Origin: Candidatus Binatia bacterium
Lineage (GTDB): Bacteria; Desulfobacterota; Binatia; Bin18
Assembly: GCA_963664395.2 (NCBI GenBank)
Contig: OY761159.2
Span: 1,760,001 to 1,824,000, forward strand
Direction: 5' to 3'
Length of the DNA: 64,000 nt
The notes below the pieces were generated by a model. That model was not told the DNA's origin. It saw only the letters and a list, made by a program, of their open reading frames with translations, and did not search any database. This document shows, piece after piece, positions 39,533-48,457 of this stretch. Every line of letters starts with the position of its first letter. Position 1 is the stretch's first letter. The translations under genes and the position numbers were made by a program.

Positions 39533-40675
39533 TTACAAACTTACTTCGATGCTATTCCCCCATCCATCAGTGAGGGCTGACCTGGTGACAATCTGTCGGA
39601 CTTTCACAAGCATTTCCCTGTTGTGAGAAAACTTAATTTCGCCTCGGCGTTGGAGCTGACCAGCGACAACGCCGGGGTGGACCTTATGGAGTAGGGCAAA
39701 GCCCCTAATTTTCTGCTTTGAAAACAAAGGCCCTTTCCTAATAATGAAGCTTTCAATAGCCTCCTGAGAAACAAGAAAGTCTGCCGCAAAGCTATCTGCG
39801 AGTCTCTCAGATTCAGGCTTTTGGTCTGTTGAGAGAGCACCTTGACCAACAAGGTTCACATCTATTATCCCCGGCTTCTCCAAGCCGTCACTATTTTTGA
39901 CATGCCAAAGCTCATGCATCAGGGTGAACCAAAACCAGCCAATACGGTCGTACCGGAATGAAAGAGCAACCACTGGCGAATGCTTATCGAGCCAGAGACA
40001 AATACCGTCTATACGTGTTTTAGGAAGTGGCTCAACGACAACAAAACGAATACCTGCTTCCATCAAGATGCGGGGAGCATGGCGTGCTTCTTCTTCTTCA
40101 TGCTTGATGGTGTCTAGTTTCTCTAGGCATGTCTTAAGTGACGCCCGGGAGAAGGGGGGTGCTTCAAGGGCCTCGGCAAGCTGACGCACGCGGAAGAGCC
40201 ACGCGATCTGGGTCAGTGTCGCATCTTCTTGAGCCATAGGCTTTCTTGCTGCATGTGGCCACAAGGTCGGTTCCTGATCTAGATCAGAAATGTGGTAGAA
40301 TTCGCAAACTTGTTTTTCTAAAACGTCGATGGATTCGGAAGGCTCAATCCAATGCCGCCGTATCATCTCCTTTATTGGAGCTTTCTCAAACAACCTTGCT
40401 CGCCTAACGACGCTATCGTCACGCGGCTTTGTTCGAGACAGCCGGTAGGTACTTTCAAGGTTCATCCATAACTGCGCACCTGTTCCAAATGCCTCTCCCA
40501 GCCCTTGCGCTGTCTCTGGGCTTATCGCTCGCTTGCCTGCTAAGATTTCATTAACAAGCTGGAAGGGACGCCCAAGAATTTCAGCAAGGTCCGTTTGCGT
40601 CCACCCACGGGCCTCTAATTCTTCTTTGATGAACTCACCTGGGGGGAAAACCTCAGCTGGTACCCGCTCAACCAT
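39533..40675 (-). CDS. higA: HigA-family antitoxin: HTH_XRE fused to an ImmA/IrrE-type metallopeptidase
   Basis: FPPGEFIKEELEARGWTQTDLAEILGRP...WMNLES; RYDRIGWFWFTLMHELWH (HExxH). Confidence 0.88.
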   Translation of the reverse strand: MVERVPAEVFPPGEFIKEELEARGWTQTDLAEILGRPFQLVNEILAGKRAISPETAQGLGEAFGTGAQLWMNLESTYRLSRTKPRDDSVVRRARLFEKAPIKEMIRRHWIEPSESIDVLEKQVCEFYHISDLDQEPTLWPHAARKPMAQEDATLTQIAWLFRVRQLAEALEAPPFSRASLKTCLEKLDTIKHEEEEARHAPRILMEAGIRFVVVEPLPKTRIDGICLWLDKHSPVVALSFRYDRIGWFWFTLMHELWHVKNSDGLEKPGIIDVNLVGQGALSTDQKPESERLADSFAADFLVSQEAIESFIIRKGPLFSKQKIRGFALLHKVHPGVVAGQLQRRGEIKFSHNREMLVKVRQIVTRSALTDGWGNSIEVSL

Positions 40676-40687
40676 AACCTCCCTCTC

Positions 40688-40984
40688 TTAGTGATAATCC
40701 TCAACCGCCACCACTACAACAACTTTAGTTGGAACTTGGTCGTCAAGTTCTAAAATCAAGCGCCATTGGTCATTGAGCCGCATGGAATATTGATGCTTTC
40801 TTTTGCCTTTCAGTTTTTCAAAGCGTAAGGAACGCATCTGGTAAAACACACGCTCATCAGGCGTATCTCGGATGAATTGTAAACGCTTCCGAAACACCCT
40901 TACTACTGCCTGGGAAAATCCTCCGTCAAATTTGGGGTCAGTTTCCAATCGATCCAACCGCCCACCACGAAACCGCACTTCCAT
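40688..40984 (-). CDS. higB: HigB (RelE/ParE superfamily) toxin
   Basis: SLRFEKLKGKRKHQYSMRLNDQWRLI...EDYH. Confidence 0.9.
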   Translation of the reverse strand: MEVRFRGGRLDRLETDPKFDGGFSQAVVRVFRKRLQFIRDTPDERVFYQMRSLRFEKLKGKRKHQYSMRLNDQWRLILELDDQVPTKVVVVVAVEDYH

Positions 40985-40992
40985 TGGGCACC

Positions 40993-41021
40993 AGATTAGA
41001 ACAGGAGAAGCAAAAAGTCAA
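40993..41021 (-). promoter_or_regulatory. Sigma70 promoter of the higBA operon (probably near-leaderless)
   Basis: TTGACT (41021-41016), 17-bp spacer, TAATCT (40998-40993). The higB ATG follows 8 nt later with no RBS. Confidence 0.6.
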
Positions 41022-41123
41022 ATATGATTAGCATACTATGTATGATAGCATGCTTTTATATTTATAATTAGTTCATCCTCAAGCATAATACTAATATAAA
41101 GTTGTCCTTGAGAAAGCTCTCTT

Positions 41124-42074
41124 ATGAATTCTCCCTGCCCTCAATGCTCTGGCCCAACCCGTAACTACGGCAAAGATAAGTTCGGCCAGCAGCGCTACCG
41201 CTGCAATCCTTGTGCGAAGACCTTCATCACAGATAAAAAGCCCATGCGACTCAAGAAGGTCAAGGCAATCCTTTGCCTCAAGCTCTTAGTGGAGGGGAAC
41301 AGCATTCGCAGTACTGAGGGTATCAGTGATGTACACAGAGACACGATCTTGCACCTGATTGAAGTCATTGGAGAGCGCTGTGAGAATGTGATGGAGGAGC
41401 AGATTAAAGATATCCCCCTTCAGTATGTACAGGCAGATGAAATCTGGGGATTTGTTGGTAAAAAGGAAGGCCACAAACGGAAAGAGGAGAAGAAGAACCT
41501 CGAACTGGGAGACGCCTACACCTTCGTTGGGATCGAAGCAAAGACGAAGCTGGTTTTGTGTTACGAGCTAGGCCGACGAAATATCAAGACCGCCACACGG
41601 TTTATGGAGAAGCTGAAGAATGCATCTGACGGTCGCTTTCAGCTCACCACGGACGGGCTGAAGGCATACATTGAAGCCGTCGAAGAGACCTTCGGCATTG
41701 AGATTGACTTTGCACAGCTAGTGAAGTTCTACAAGTCTGATGAATCCCGACAGATTGAACGACGCTACAGTCCTGGTGATTTTGTCAGTGCAGTCAAAAT
41801 GCCGATCATGGGAGACCCTGAATCAGATAAAATCACAACTAGTCATGTTGAACGACAAAACTTGACTATGAGAATGAGCATGCGACGCCTAACCAGATTG
41901 ACCAATGCACACTCAAAAAAATGGAAGAACCTTGAGAAGGCGCTAGCTATCCATTTCGCGTTTTATAATTTCTGCCGAGTCCATCAGACCTTGCGCGTAA
42001 CGCCAGCGATGGAAGCAAAAATCACGGATTATATCTGGACCTTAGAAGAATTGGTCGGAGATATCTTACGCTAG
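41124..42074 (+). CDS. IS1-family DDE transposase (single ORF; Zn ribbon + HTH + DDE)
   Basis: CPQC...YRCNPC, LVEGNSIRST, QADEIWGFV, LTTDG, TSHVERQNLTMR and YNFCRVH motifs. The stop codon overlaps IRR. Confidence 0.92.
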   Translation: MNSPCPQCSGPTRNYGKDKFGQQRYRCNPCAKTFITDKKPMRLKKVKAILCLKLLVEGNSIRSTEGISDVHRDTILHLIEVIGERCENVMEEQIKDIPLQYVQADEIWGFVGKKEGHKRKEEKKNLELGDAYTFVGIEAKTKLVLCYELGRRNIKTATRFMEKLKNASDGRFQLTTDGLKAYIEAVEETFGIEIDFAQLVKFYKSDESRQIERRYSPGDFVSAVKMPIMGDPESDKITTSHVERQNLTMRMSMRRLTRLTNAHSKKWKNLEKALAIHFAFYNFCRVHQTLRVTPAMEAKITDYIWTLEELVGDILR

Positions 42075-42324
42075 CAACTTTTTATTAGGACACTACCATC
42101 CGCGCTCCTGGTCAGCGTGCGTCCCGGTGGGCGGCCTCCGACTATTTCCCCCTCTGGTTTGGTAATACCCGAACGCGTCTCCAGCCCCGTAATCTCCGGG
42201 TCTGCAAGAACACGGCGTAGCAATTGTCACGCGGATGCTGAAAACTATCCTACAAGATCGAAGAGCAGTCTATGCTTTACATTTAGGATGCGTCGTATAG
42301 TAGGGTGCATATAGGAGGGTGCGT

Positions 42325-43272
42325 ATGAGCAAGCGACAATCTCGACAGGTGTTATTCGGAGCACTGCTGGCGACCGTCCTCGTGTGGGGTTATCCGGCCG
42401 CTGGACAAGAATGGACGCAATCGAAGTGGGGGCCGGAGGATGAGATCGGGAGCGCGAACTACATCACGCCTGAACGCGTGAAGCTCGCGGCCAGCCTGGT
42501 CAAAACCGGCAAGACGTACCCGCTCGGGATGGTGACCGGCCCCGACACACCGGCCTACCCGCCCCGCCACTACAAGGTGTACGTCTGGGAGCTCGTGCTG
42601 GGGGGGCCGAATGAGCTTACCGCCACCGACGACTTGGCCGTTACCTGGCTGGGGGTCGGCAGCCAGATCGACGGGTTCGGCCACGTCGGCATCGATCACG
42701 TGCATTACAACGGCTGGAAGACGCAGGACTTCCTCTCGCTCACGGGCATCAAGAAGTTCGGCGTGGAGAACATCCCACCGATCGTGGCGCGCGGTGTACT
42801 GTTGGATATGACAAAATACTATGCGGTCGACCTCGTGCCCAACGGCACGGCCTTCAACGCCAAGGAGATCGACGAGGTCGCGAAGAGACAAGGAGTAGAA
42901 ATCCGCGAAGGCGACGTGGTGTTGTTCCACACCGGCTGGCTGAAGCAATTCGCGCAGATGGGTGCGGGCGAGCCGGGGATAGGCTTTCCCGAACCGGGCA
43001 TTGGCGTCGAGGGCGCGCGCTACCTGGCCGGGAAAGGCGTCGTTGCGGTCGGGGCGGACACCTGGGCACTGGAGGCCATCCCGTTCGAGAAGGAGGCTGA
43101 GCGCTTTCCGGTTCACCAGGAGCTATTGGCCAAGAACGGCACCTACATCCTCGAAAACATGAACACGGCCGCGCTGGCCGCAGATGCGGCCTACGAGTTC
43201 ATGTTCGTGCTCGGCGCGCCGCGCATGGCCGGGGCGGTGCAGACGATTGTCAATCCCGTCGCGATCCGCTGA
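42325..43272 (+). CDS. Secreted cyclase-family (kynurenine formamidase-like) protein
   Basis: WGPEDEIGSAN, SQIDGFGH, ARGVLLD and YILEN motifs. Confidence 0.87.
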   Translation: MSKRQSRQVLFGALLATVLVWGYPAAGQEWTQSKWGPEDEIGSANYITPERVKLAASLVKTGKTYPLGMVTGPDTPAYPPRHYKVYVWELVLGGPNELTATDDLAVTWLGVGSQIDGFGHVGIDHVHYNGWKTQDFLSLTGIKKFGVENIPPIVARGVLLDMTKYYAVDLVPNGTAFNAKEIDEVAKRQGVEIREGDVVLFHTGWLKQFAQMGAGEPGIGFPEPGIGVEGARYLAGKGVVAVGADTWALEAIPFEKEAERFPVHQELLAKNGTYILENMNTAALAADAAYEFMFVLGAPRMAGAVQTIVNPVAIR

Positions 43273-43352
43273 AACAATCCGGAAAACCCACAACGCGCTT
43301 ACCGAGGCCACCAAGCGGACGGGGCCGAACGACCCGGGTCTACCCTGTCGCA

Positions 43353-43375
43353 AGCGGCCGACTTAGTCGGCCGCT
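43353..43375. terminator. Perfect hairpin between convergent genes
   Basis: AGCGGCCGACT-T-AGTCGGCCGCT. Confidence 0.6.
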
Positions 43376-44094
43376 CACTGAAACCGGCGGGCGTCTTCTC
43401 CAGCGTAGCGCGCCACCAGCGTATCAATCTGTGATGTCCGTTCCACCTTGTCGAGGACCTCGGCCAGACGGCGGGCGGGCAGGGCGCACGTCAGCTCGGT
43501 TGCCTGCATACCCGTGCGCGCCCGACTCAGCACGCAGCCGACACTCACGGCCACCTGGCCGTCTTTCGCCATGGCCACGATATGACACTGCGGCTTGCCC
43601 TCGATCTTGAGATCGGGCAGGGCGTCCGAGAGTACCATGGCGGCGTGTGGGTTGATGCGGAGCAGCACCACGTCGGGATCAATCGGCGTTTCTGCCAGCG
43701 GTCCATAGGTAACGGCCCCAGGCTTGTCCGCGACCGTCGGAATATGGGGGAAGACCTCCTCCGCCACCCAGCCGCTGTCCAGCAGGGTCGCCACGTCTTT
43801 GCCCTGCGCCGCCTCTTCCAGTGTTTTGAAACCGTGGGTGAGACTGCCCACGCTACAGTTGCCGTGGTCTTCGGCAACTGTGCTGAAGGTCCGTTCCCCG
43901 GCCTTGATCCAGAAGACACAGCCGGCGGGCACCCGCCCGGTCCGGCCATCCGGCGTGGGTTCGGCCAGCGGCTCGTCAAAGGCCGGAATGTTTTCCGGTC
44001 GGGCCGGGCTGAAGGTAATCGCCAGCGGTGCGGCCACCGGGCGCAGCGCCTTGGTGAGGCGCTCGGCTAAACTGTTCCAATCCGCTGTGGTCAT
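43375..44094 (-). CDS. DUF169-like protein
   Basis: PAGCVFW, HGNCSVG, TYGPLAETPIDPDVV, KPQC and SVGCVLSRARTG motifs. Confidence 0.75.
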   Translation of the reverse strand: MTTADWNSLAERLTKALRPVAAPLAITFSPARPENIPAFDEPLAEPTPDGRTGRVPAGCVFWIKAGERTFSTVAEDHGNCSVGSLTHGFKTLEEAAQGKDVATLLDSGWVAEEVFPHIPTVADKPGAVTYGPLAETPIDPDVVLLRINPHAAMVLSDALPDLKIEGKPQCHIVAMAKDGQVAVSVGCVLSRARTGMQATELTCALPARRLAEVLDKVERTSQIDTLVARYAGEDARRFQ

Positions 44095-44359
44095 GGCATT
44101 CACTCCTTTGGCACGCGCACGCTCTCACGTTTCAATAATCTGAAACGACCGCGCGTCGATCTCGGTTGAGACTTCAATCTCGCCGTCCTGTACGCTCCAG
44201 TTGTCATACACCTGACCCTCCATAAGAACACGACAGGTATCGGGCTGCTTCAGGTTCTTGATGCGGAAGCTGGTCGGCCGGCCCCGTGCGGCATGACGAT
44301 GGCGAGTAGGCTGCGGGCAGGAGGCCCGCACTCCCAGGGGGCGGACGGCCACCGATTTC

Positions 44360-45271
44360 CTAGAAATGGTACTTCAGGTTGACACTGACCCCGAACATTT
44401 CGATGTCGTCGGTCCGCCGCCGAGCGACATAGTCATCGGGGGGCGCGTGACTCCGCAAGAGATCCAGGCCGGCGTCATCCCGGAAGTTCAGGAAGTTGAC
44501 CCAGCGACCCTTCACGCCCAGGGAGACTGACTCCGTGAGGGCAAAATCAACCCCGAAGAGTACCTGATAGCCGAACAGCGTGTCATTGTTCGTGGTTTGC
44601 ACGCTGCTCGCCGTCCCGGCCAGATTGTTGCGGATCTCCTCGGCGTTGGGCAGACCGGCACCCGTGCTGATCTGGTCGGGGTCACTATTCCTCGCCCATA
44701 TTCTACCGTTATCCAGGTCGGTAAACCCGACGCCGACACCGAACCCGACATAGGGCGTAAACCGGCTGCTATTCAAAAAGTCGAAATACACATTGCCAAA
44801 CAGGTTGTGAGACGTGAGGCTGCCGAGGCGTTCCTCGGCCCGTGCAATTTCGTTGCTGAGCTTGTCTCTGGCGACGCCCGAGCGGCTGAGAATCGGGGTC
44901 GTCCGGTCATATTCCGACTCCCGGTAGAAGTACTCCAGTTCGAGCCGGAAGCGGCCCCACAATCGGTCGGGATAACGATCCCACAACCGATAGCCCACCG
45001 CCGCGCCGGCCAGAATGCCTTCGGCCCCGTCGAACACACTCTTCCAACTGGTGCCGGGGCCGGGGCAGCCGGGAATATCGGCAAAAGCCGGGTTAATGAA
45101 CGGGTCGCACACGCTCCCGCCATCGCTGCTGTCTCCGAGGAAATCCAGCTCGGGTGCAAAATTGGCGCCCAACTCGCTGCTCAGGTAGAAGCCCGAACCG
45201 GCTCTTGCCGGGGTCGGCCCGAACACCCAGGCCACGATGACAAGCACTACCAACGGAGCTACACGCCTCAT
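44360..45271 (-). CDS. Outer-membrane beta-barrel protein (opacity/OmpA-like 8-stranded)
   Basis: Signal peptide; FRLELEYFYR, FTPYVGFGVG, C-terminal VNLKYHF. Confidence 0.85.
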   Translation of the reverse strand: MRRVAPLVVLVIVAWVFGPTPARAGSGFYLSSELGANFAPELDFLGDSSDGGSVCDPFINPAFADIPGCPGPGTSWKSVFDGAEGILAGAAVGYRLWDRYPDRLWGRFRLELEYFYRESEYDRTTPILSRSGVARDKLSNEIARAEERLGSLTSHNLFGNVYFDFLNSSRFTPYVGFGVGVGFTDLDNGRIWARNSDPDQISTGAGLPNAEEIRNNLAGTASSVQTTNNDTLFGYQVLFGVDFALTESVSLGVKGRWVNFLNFRDDAGLDLLRSHAPPDDYVARRRTDDIEMFGVSVNLKYHF

Positions 45272-45272
45272 G

Positions 45273-46064
45273 CTAACCTCCGGCTTTCCCCCCTCTAGTC
45301 TGATAATAGCCGAAGGCGCTCCAACCGCCGTCAATCACCATGACTTCGCCGGTCATAAAACCGGCGTCCTCGCTGGCCACAAAGCGCACGGCTTTGGCGA
45401 TATCCGCCCCCGACCCCAGACGACGTTGGGGGGTGCGCTTGATTAAATCCAGCGCGGTCAGCTTGCCGTCCGCTTCAAGGCCGACGATCATGTCAGACTC
45501 GATATAGCCCGGCGCGATACAGTTCACGCGAATGCCGTACCGGGCCCATTCGATCGCCATGACCCGGGTCATGTGATCCACCGCGGCTTTTGAGGTGCAG
45601 TAGCCGAGGGTGGCGGGGAAAGCGTTGCGGCCTAAAATCGAGCCGATATTGATAATGCAGCCGCCGCCGTGCTGCGTCATTTGACGCGCGGCCGCTTGGG
45701 AACACAAGAAAATGGACTTCACATTAATGTCCATATGCTGGTCCCAGTTCTCTTCGGTCATTTCCAGCGTCAACTGCGGGCGGGTGATGCCGGCATTATT
45801 CACCAGGATATCGACCGGTCCGAGCTGTTCTTCTACATCGGCAAACAAACGGGTGACCTCGTCCGCGACCTCGACATGGCAGCCGAAAGCGATAGCCTCG
45901 CCACCCTGACTCTTGATCGCAGCGACCGTCTCTGCCGCGTTTTCGGCCTGTGTCGCAACGCAGGCCAGCCGCGCGCCGGCGTCCGCCAACTCAATCGCAA
46001 TGGGTTTTCCAAGGCCGCGGCTGGCGCCGGTCACGACGCTGACTTTTCCAGTAAAAATAGCCAT
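45273..46064 (-). CDS. Short-chain dehydrogenase/reductase
   Basis: TGASRGLG, NNAG and YCTSK motifs. Confidence 0.92.
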   Translation of the reverse strand: MAIFTGKVSVVTGASRGLGKPIAIELADAGARLACVATQAENAAETVAAIKSQGGEAIAFGCHVEVADEVTRLFADVEEQLGPVDILVNNAGITRPQLTLEMTEENWDQHMDINVKSIFLCSQAAARQMTQHGGGCIINIGSILGRNAFPATLGYCTSKAAVDHMTRVMAIEWARYGIRVNCIAPGYIESDMIVGLEADGKLTALDLIKRTPQRRLGSGADIAKAVRFVASEDAGFMTGEVMVIDGGWSAFGYYQTRGGKAGG

Positions 46065-46067
46065 GCC

Positions 46068-47234
46068 CTATTTCTCGCGTGGATGTGCAACGTTGTACTC
46101 GCGAATGGCTTTTAATATCGCCCCGCCGGCTTGCCCCATCAGCTCTTTCTTGTGTGCTGACACGCGAGCAGCCGAGGTCTCCAGCCGACGCAGCAAGCCC
46201 TGCGTCTGTGGCATCACATGCCGGGCCAGGAGTTCATAGCTCTTGAGTGCCAATTCCGGCGCTGCCCAGTCGTGGACAAAGCATAAGATCGTCCCGAAGC
46301 CGCCGGATAGTTCTTGTAAATGTGCAATTTTTTCAAGCGCGTCTTCGGGCGTCCCGAAAATACCGCCGCCGTGTTCATCCAGGCTGCGCGCCGCCCGATA
46401 GCCGTCTTCAAACGGCTTGCGTTTGGGCGTGCCGAGTATGCCGACGATGTACTCGTTCTGCCAGCGCTGAAGCCCGTCAGCCACCTCGCGGTAGGCCTGC
46501 TCCTTTGAGGCGGACAAATGGAAGGGCATCACAATGCGCCAGTCCGCCCGGTCGAGACATTGGCCGTGCTCACGCGCTGAAGCCTGACCCCAGCCCCACT
46601 GTGTTGGCAGTGCGGTCAGTCCTTCTTCGAGATACGAGGCAATTGAGAGCACGCCCACGCCGTACTTGCCGGCGGCTTTCATGCCGGACGGAGAGATGGA
46701 TGATGCAACCGCCACTGGAATCTCATCCTGGAGCGGTCGTAATTGCAACGCAGCTTCGTTCAGTTTGAACCAATCGCTTTCAACCGTAATCGGCTCGTCC
46801 TCGTTCAGCAAACGGAGGACAACCCCCAGCCCTTCATCCATACGGTCTCGTTGCGTCATTGGGTCAATGCCAAGCATGAGCGCATCAGACGGCAGGGCAC
46901 CGGGGCCAACGCCGAGAATGGCTCGGCCACGACTCAGATGGTCGAGGTGTACGATGCGTTGCGCGATATTAAAGGGATGGTGATACGGCACTGAAATCAC
47001 GCCAGTCCCCAACCGGATTCGGTGGGTGCGCTCGGCGGCGGCGACCAGAAACATTTCCGGCGAGCCGATTGTTTCCCAACCGGCCGAGTGATGCTCACCG
47101 ACCCAGAACTCATCGAACTGCAGCCCATCCAGAAACGTGGCTAATTCGAGATCACGCTGAAACTGAAGGGTCGGATGCTCCCCAAGCGGATGATGGGGGG
47201 CAAGAAAGGCACCGAATCGAAGGCGTTTGCGCAT
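46068..47234 (-). CDS. LLM-class monooxygenase (limonene-monooxygenase-like)
   Basis: FGAFLAPHH, WVGEHHSAGWE and GPGALPSDA motifs. Confidence 0.88.
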   Translation of the reverse strand: MRKRLRFGAFLAPHHPLGEHPTLQFQRDLELATFLDGLQFDEFWVGEHHSAGWETIGSPEMFLVAAAERTHRIRLGTGVISVPYHHPFNIAQRIVHLDHLSRGRAILGVGPGALPSDALMLGIDPMTQRDRMDEGLGVVLRLLNEDEPITVESDWFKLNEAALQLRPLQDEIPVAVASSISPSGMKAAGKYGVGVLSIASYLEEGLTALPTQWGWGQASAREHGQCLDRADWRIVMPFHLSASKEQAYREVADGLQRWQNEYIVGILGTPKRKPFEDGYRAARSLDEHGGGIFGTPEDALEKIAHLQELSGGFGTILCFVHDWAAPELALKSYELLARHVMPQTQGLLRRLETSAARVSAHKKELMGQAGGAILKAIREYNVAHPREK

Positions 47235-47368
47235 AATGGCTCCATTTTTCAAAGCGTTGCGCTGAACTGTACCAAAACCGTTCCGTGGGAACCAGGGACA
47301 GTCTCCATAATCGTCCCGCTCTTGGCGCTGAATCGAAAAAGAGGATATAGCTCGTAAGGGAAAATGCA

Positions 47369-48439
47369 ATGCTGAAAACAATGATTACCGGCAGTCTGCC
47401 GCGCCCGACGTGGCTCGCCCCGCAGCACCAAATCTCGTCCGTCTCCTTGCGGCTTGAGGCCGACGCCTTATCCGAAGGCCAGGACGATGCCGTGCGTCTG
47501 GCCGTGGTCGATCAGCACGCAGCCGGAATGGATATTGTGACCGACGGCGAACAGCGCCGGCGGCATTACATCTGGGGATTTACCGAGGGACTGACCGGGA
47601 TTGATTTCAACCGTATGGTCAAAAAGGAAACGCGCGGCGGTCGGTATAAGACACGGATAGACGTCGCGCGGGTAACCGGTCCGGTCCGCCGTCCCCGCTC
47701 CATTTTTCTTGACGCGCTGCGCTTCCTCAAACGACACACGACGCAGCCGGTGAAAGTCACCCTGCCAGGTCCGATGACAACCGCGGATACCCTGGCGGAT
47801 GAGCACTACGGGGAGCCGCGGCGTCTCGCCTCGGATTTGGCCAGCGTCCTCAATGACGAAGCGTGCGAGCTGGCTGAAAACGGCTGTAACATTATTCAGT
47901 TTGATGAGCCGTGCTTTAATATCTATCTCGATGAAGTTGAGGAGTGGGGTATCTCCACGCTTGAGGCAGCAGCCCAGGGAGTACACGCAAAGACAGCGGT
48001 CCACATCTGCTACGGCTACGGTGTTCCGCAGGTTCTGGCCTGGAAGACAACCAATACGGATTGGCATCATTATCAACGCAGCCTGCCCCTCCTTCGCACC
48101 AGTACGCTTGATATGATCTCGGTCGAATGCGCGGCCTCTGGCGTTGATCCCTCTGTCCTTCAACTGGCCCGAGGCAAAGACCTCATGGTTGGCGTGATTG
48201 ACGTGGGGACGGAAGAGATCGAAACACCCGCAACCGTTGCCGAACGCATTCGCGCCGCCCTGCCCTATGTTGCGCCGGATAAACTCTACCCGAGTACGGA
48301 CTGCGGCCTGATCCCCCGCTCTCGTACAGCCGCCCGCGACAAGATGAAAGCCCTGGCAGATGGCGCCCGGATAGTCCGCACCGAACTGACAAGCGACCTG
48401 ATAGTCGGCATCCCGCGAGTCGGCAGACCAAAGAAATAG
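47369..48439 (+). CDS. Cobalamin-independent methionine synthase II (single-barrel MetE-like core)
   Basis: GSLPRP, TDGEQRR, QFDEP, HICYGYG and STDCG motifs. Confidence 0.88.
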   Translation: MLKTMITGSLPRPTWLAPQHQISSVSLRLEADALSEGQDDAVRLAVVDQHAAGMDIVTDGEQRRRHYIWGFTEGLTGIDFNRMVKKETRGGRYKTRIDVARVTGPVRRPRSIFLDALRFLKRHTTQPVKVTLPGPMTTADTLADEHYGEPRRLASDLASVLNDEACELAENGCNIIQFDEPCFNIYLDEVEEWGISTLEAAAQGVHAKTAVHICYGYGVPQVLAWKTTNTDWHHYQRSLPLLRTSTLDMISVECAASGVDPSVLQLARGKDLMVGVIDVGTEEIETPATVAERIRAALPYVAPDKLYPSTDCGLIPRSRTAARDKMKALADGARIVRTELTSDLIVGIPRVGRPKK

Positions 48440-48457
48440 CCCTCGGAAGGATTGCGC

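Larger units (their letters stand above)
38714..42097. mobile_element. IS1-family cargo-carrying transposon (3384 bp) with 25-bp TIRs and an 8-bp target-site duplication
   Basis: IRL GGTGCTGTCCTAATAAAAAGTTGCT (38714-38738); IRR AGCAACTTTTTATTAGGACACTACC (42073-42097), 23/25 match. ATCCGCGC directly repeated at 38706-38713 and 42098-42105. Interior is clearly lower in GC. Confidence 0.93.

Noticed and set aside
44125-44352. 75-aa ORF and GC hairpin (GCGGGCAGGAGGCCCGC)
   Set aside because: Probably a gene remnant plus a REP-like hairpin; not assignable.
47260-47305. Imperfect hairpin upstream of the MetE-like gene considered as a SAM or cobalamin riboswitch
   Set aside because: Too short and without consensus motifs; more likely part of a divergent promoter region.
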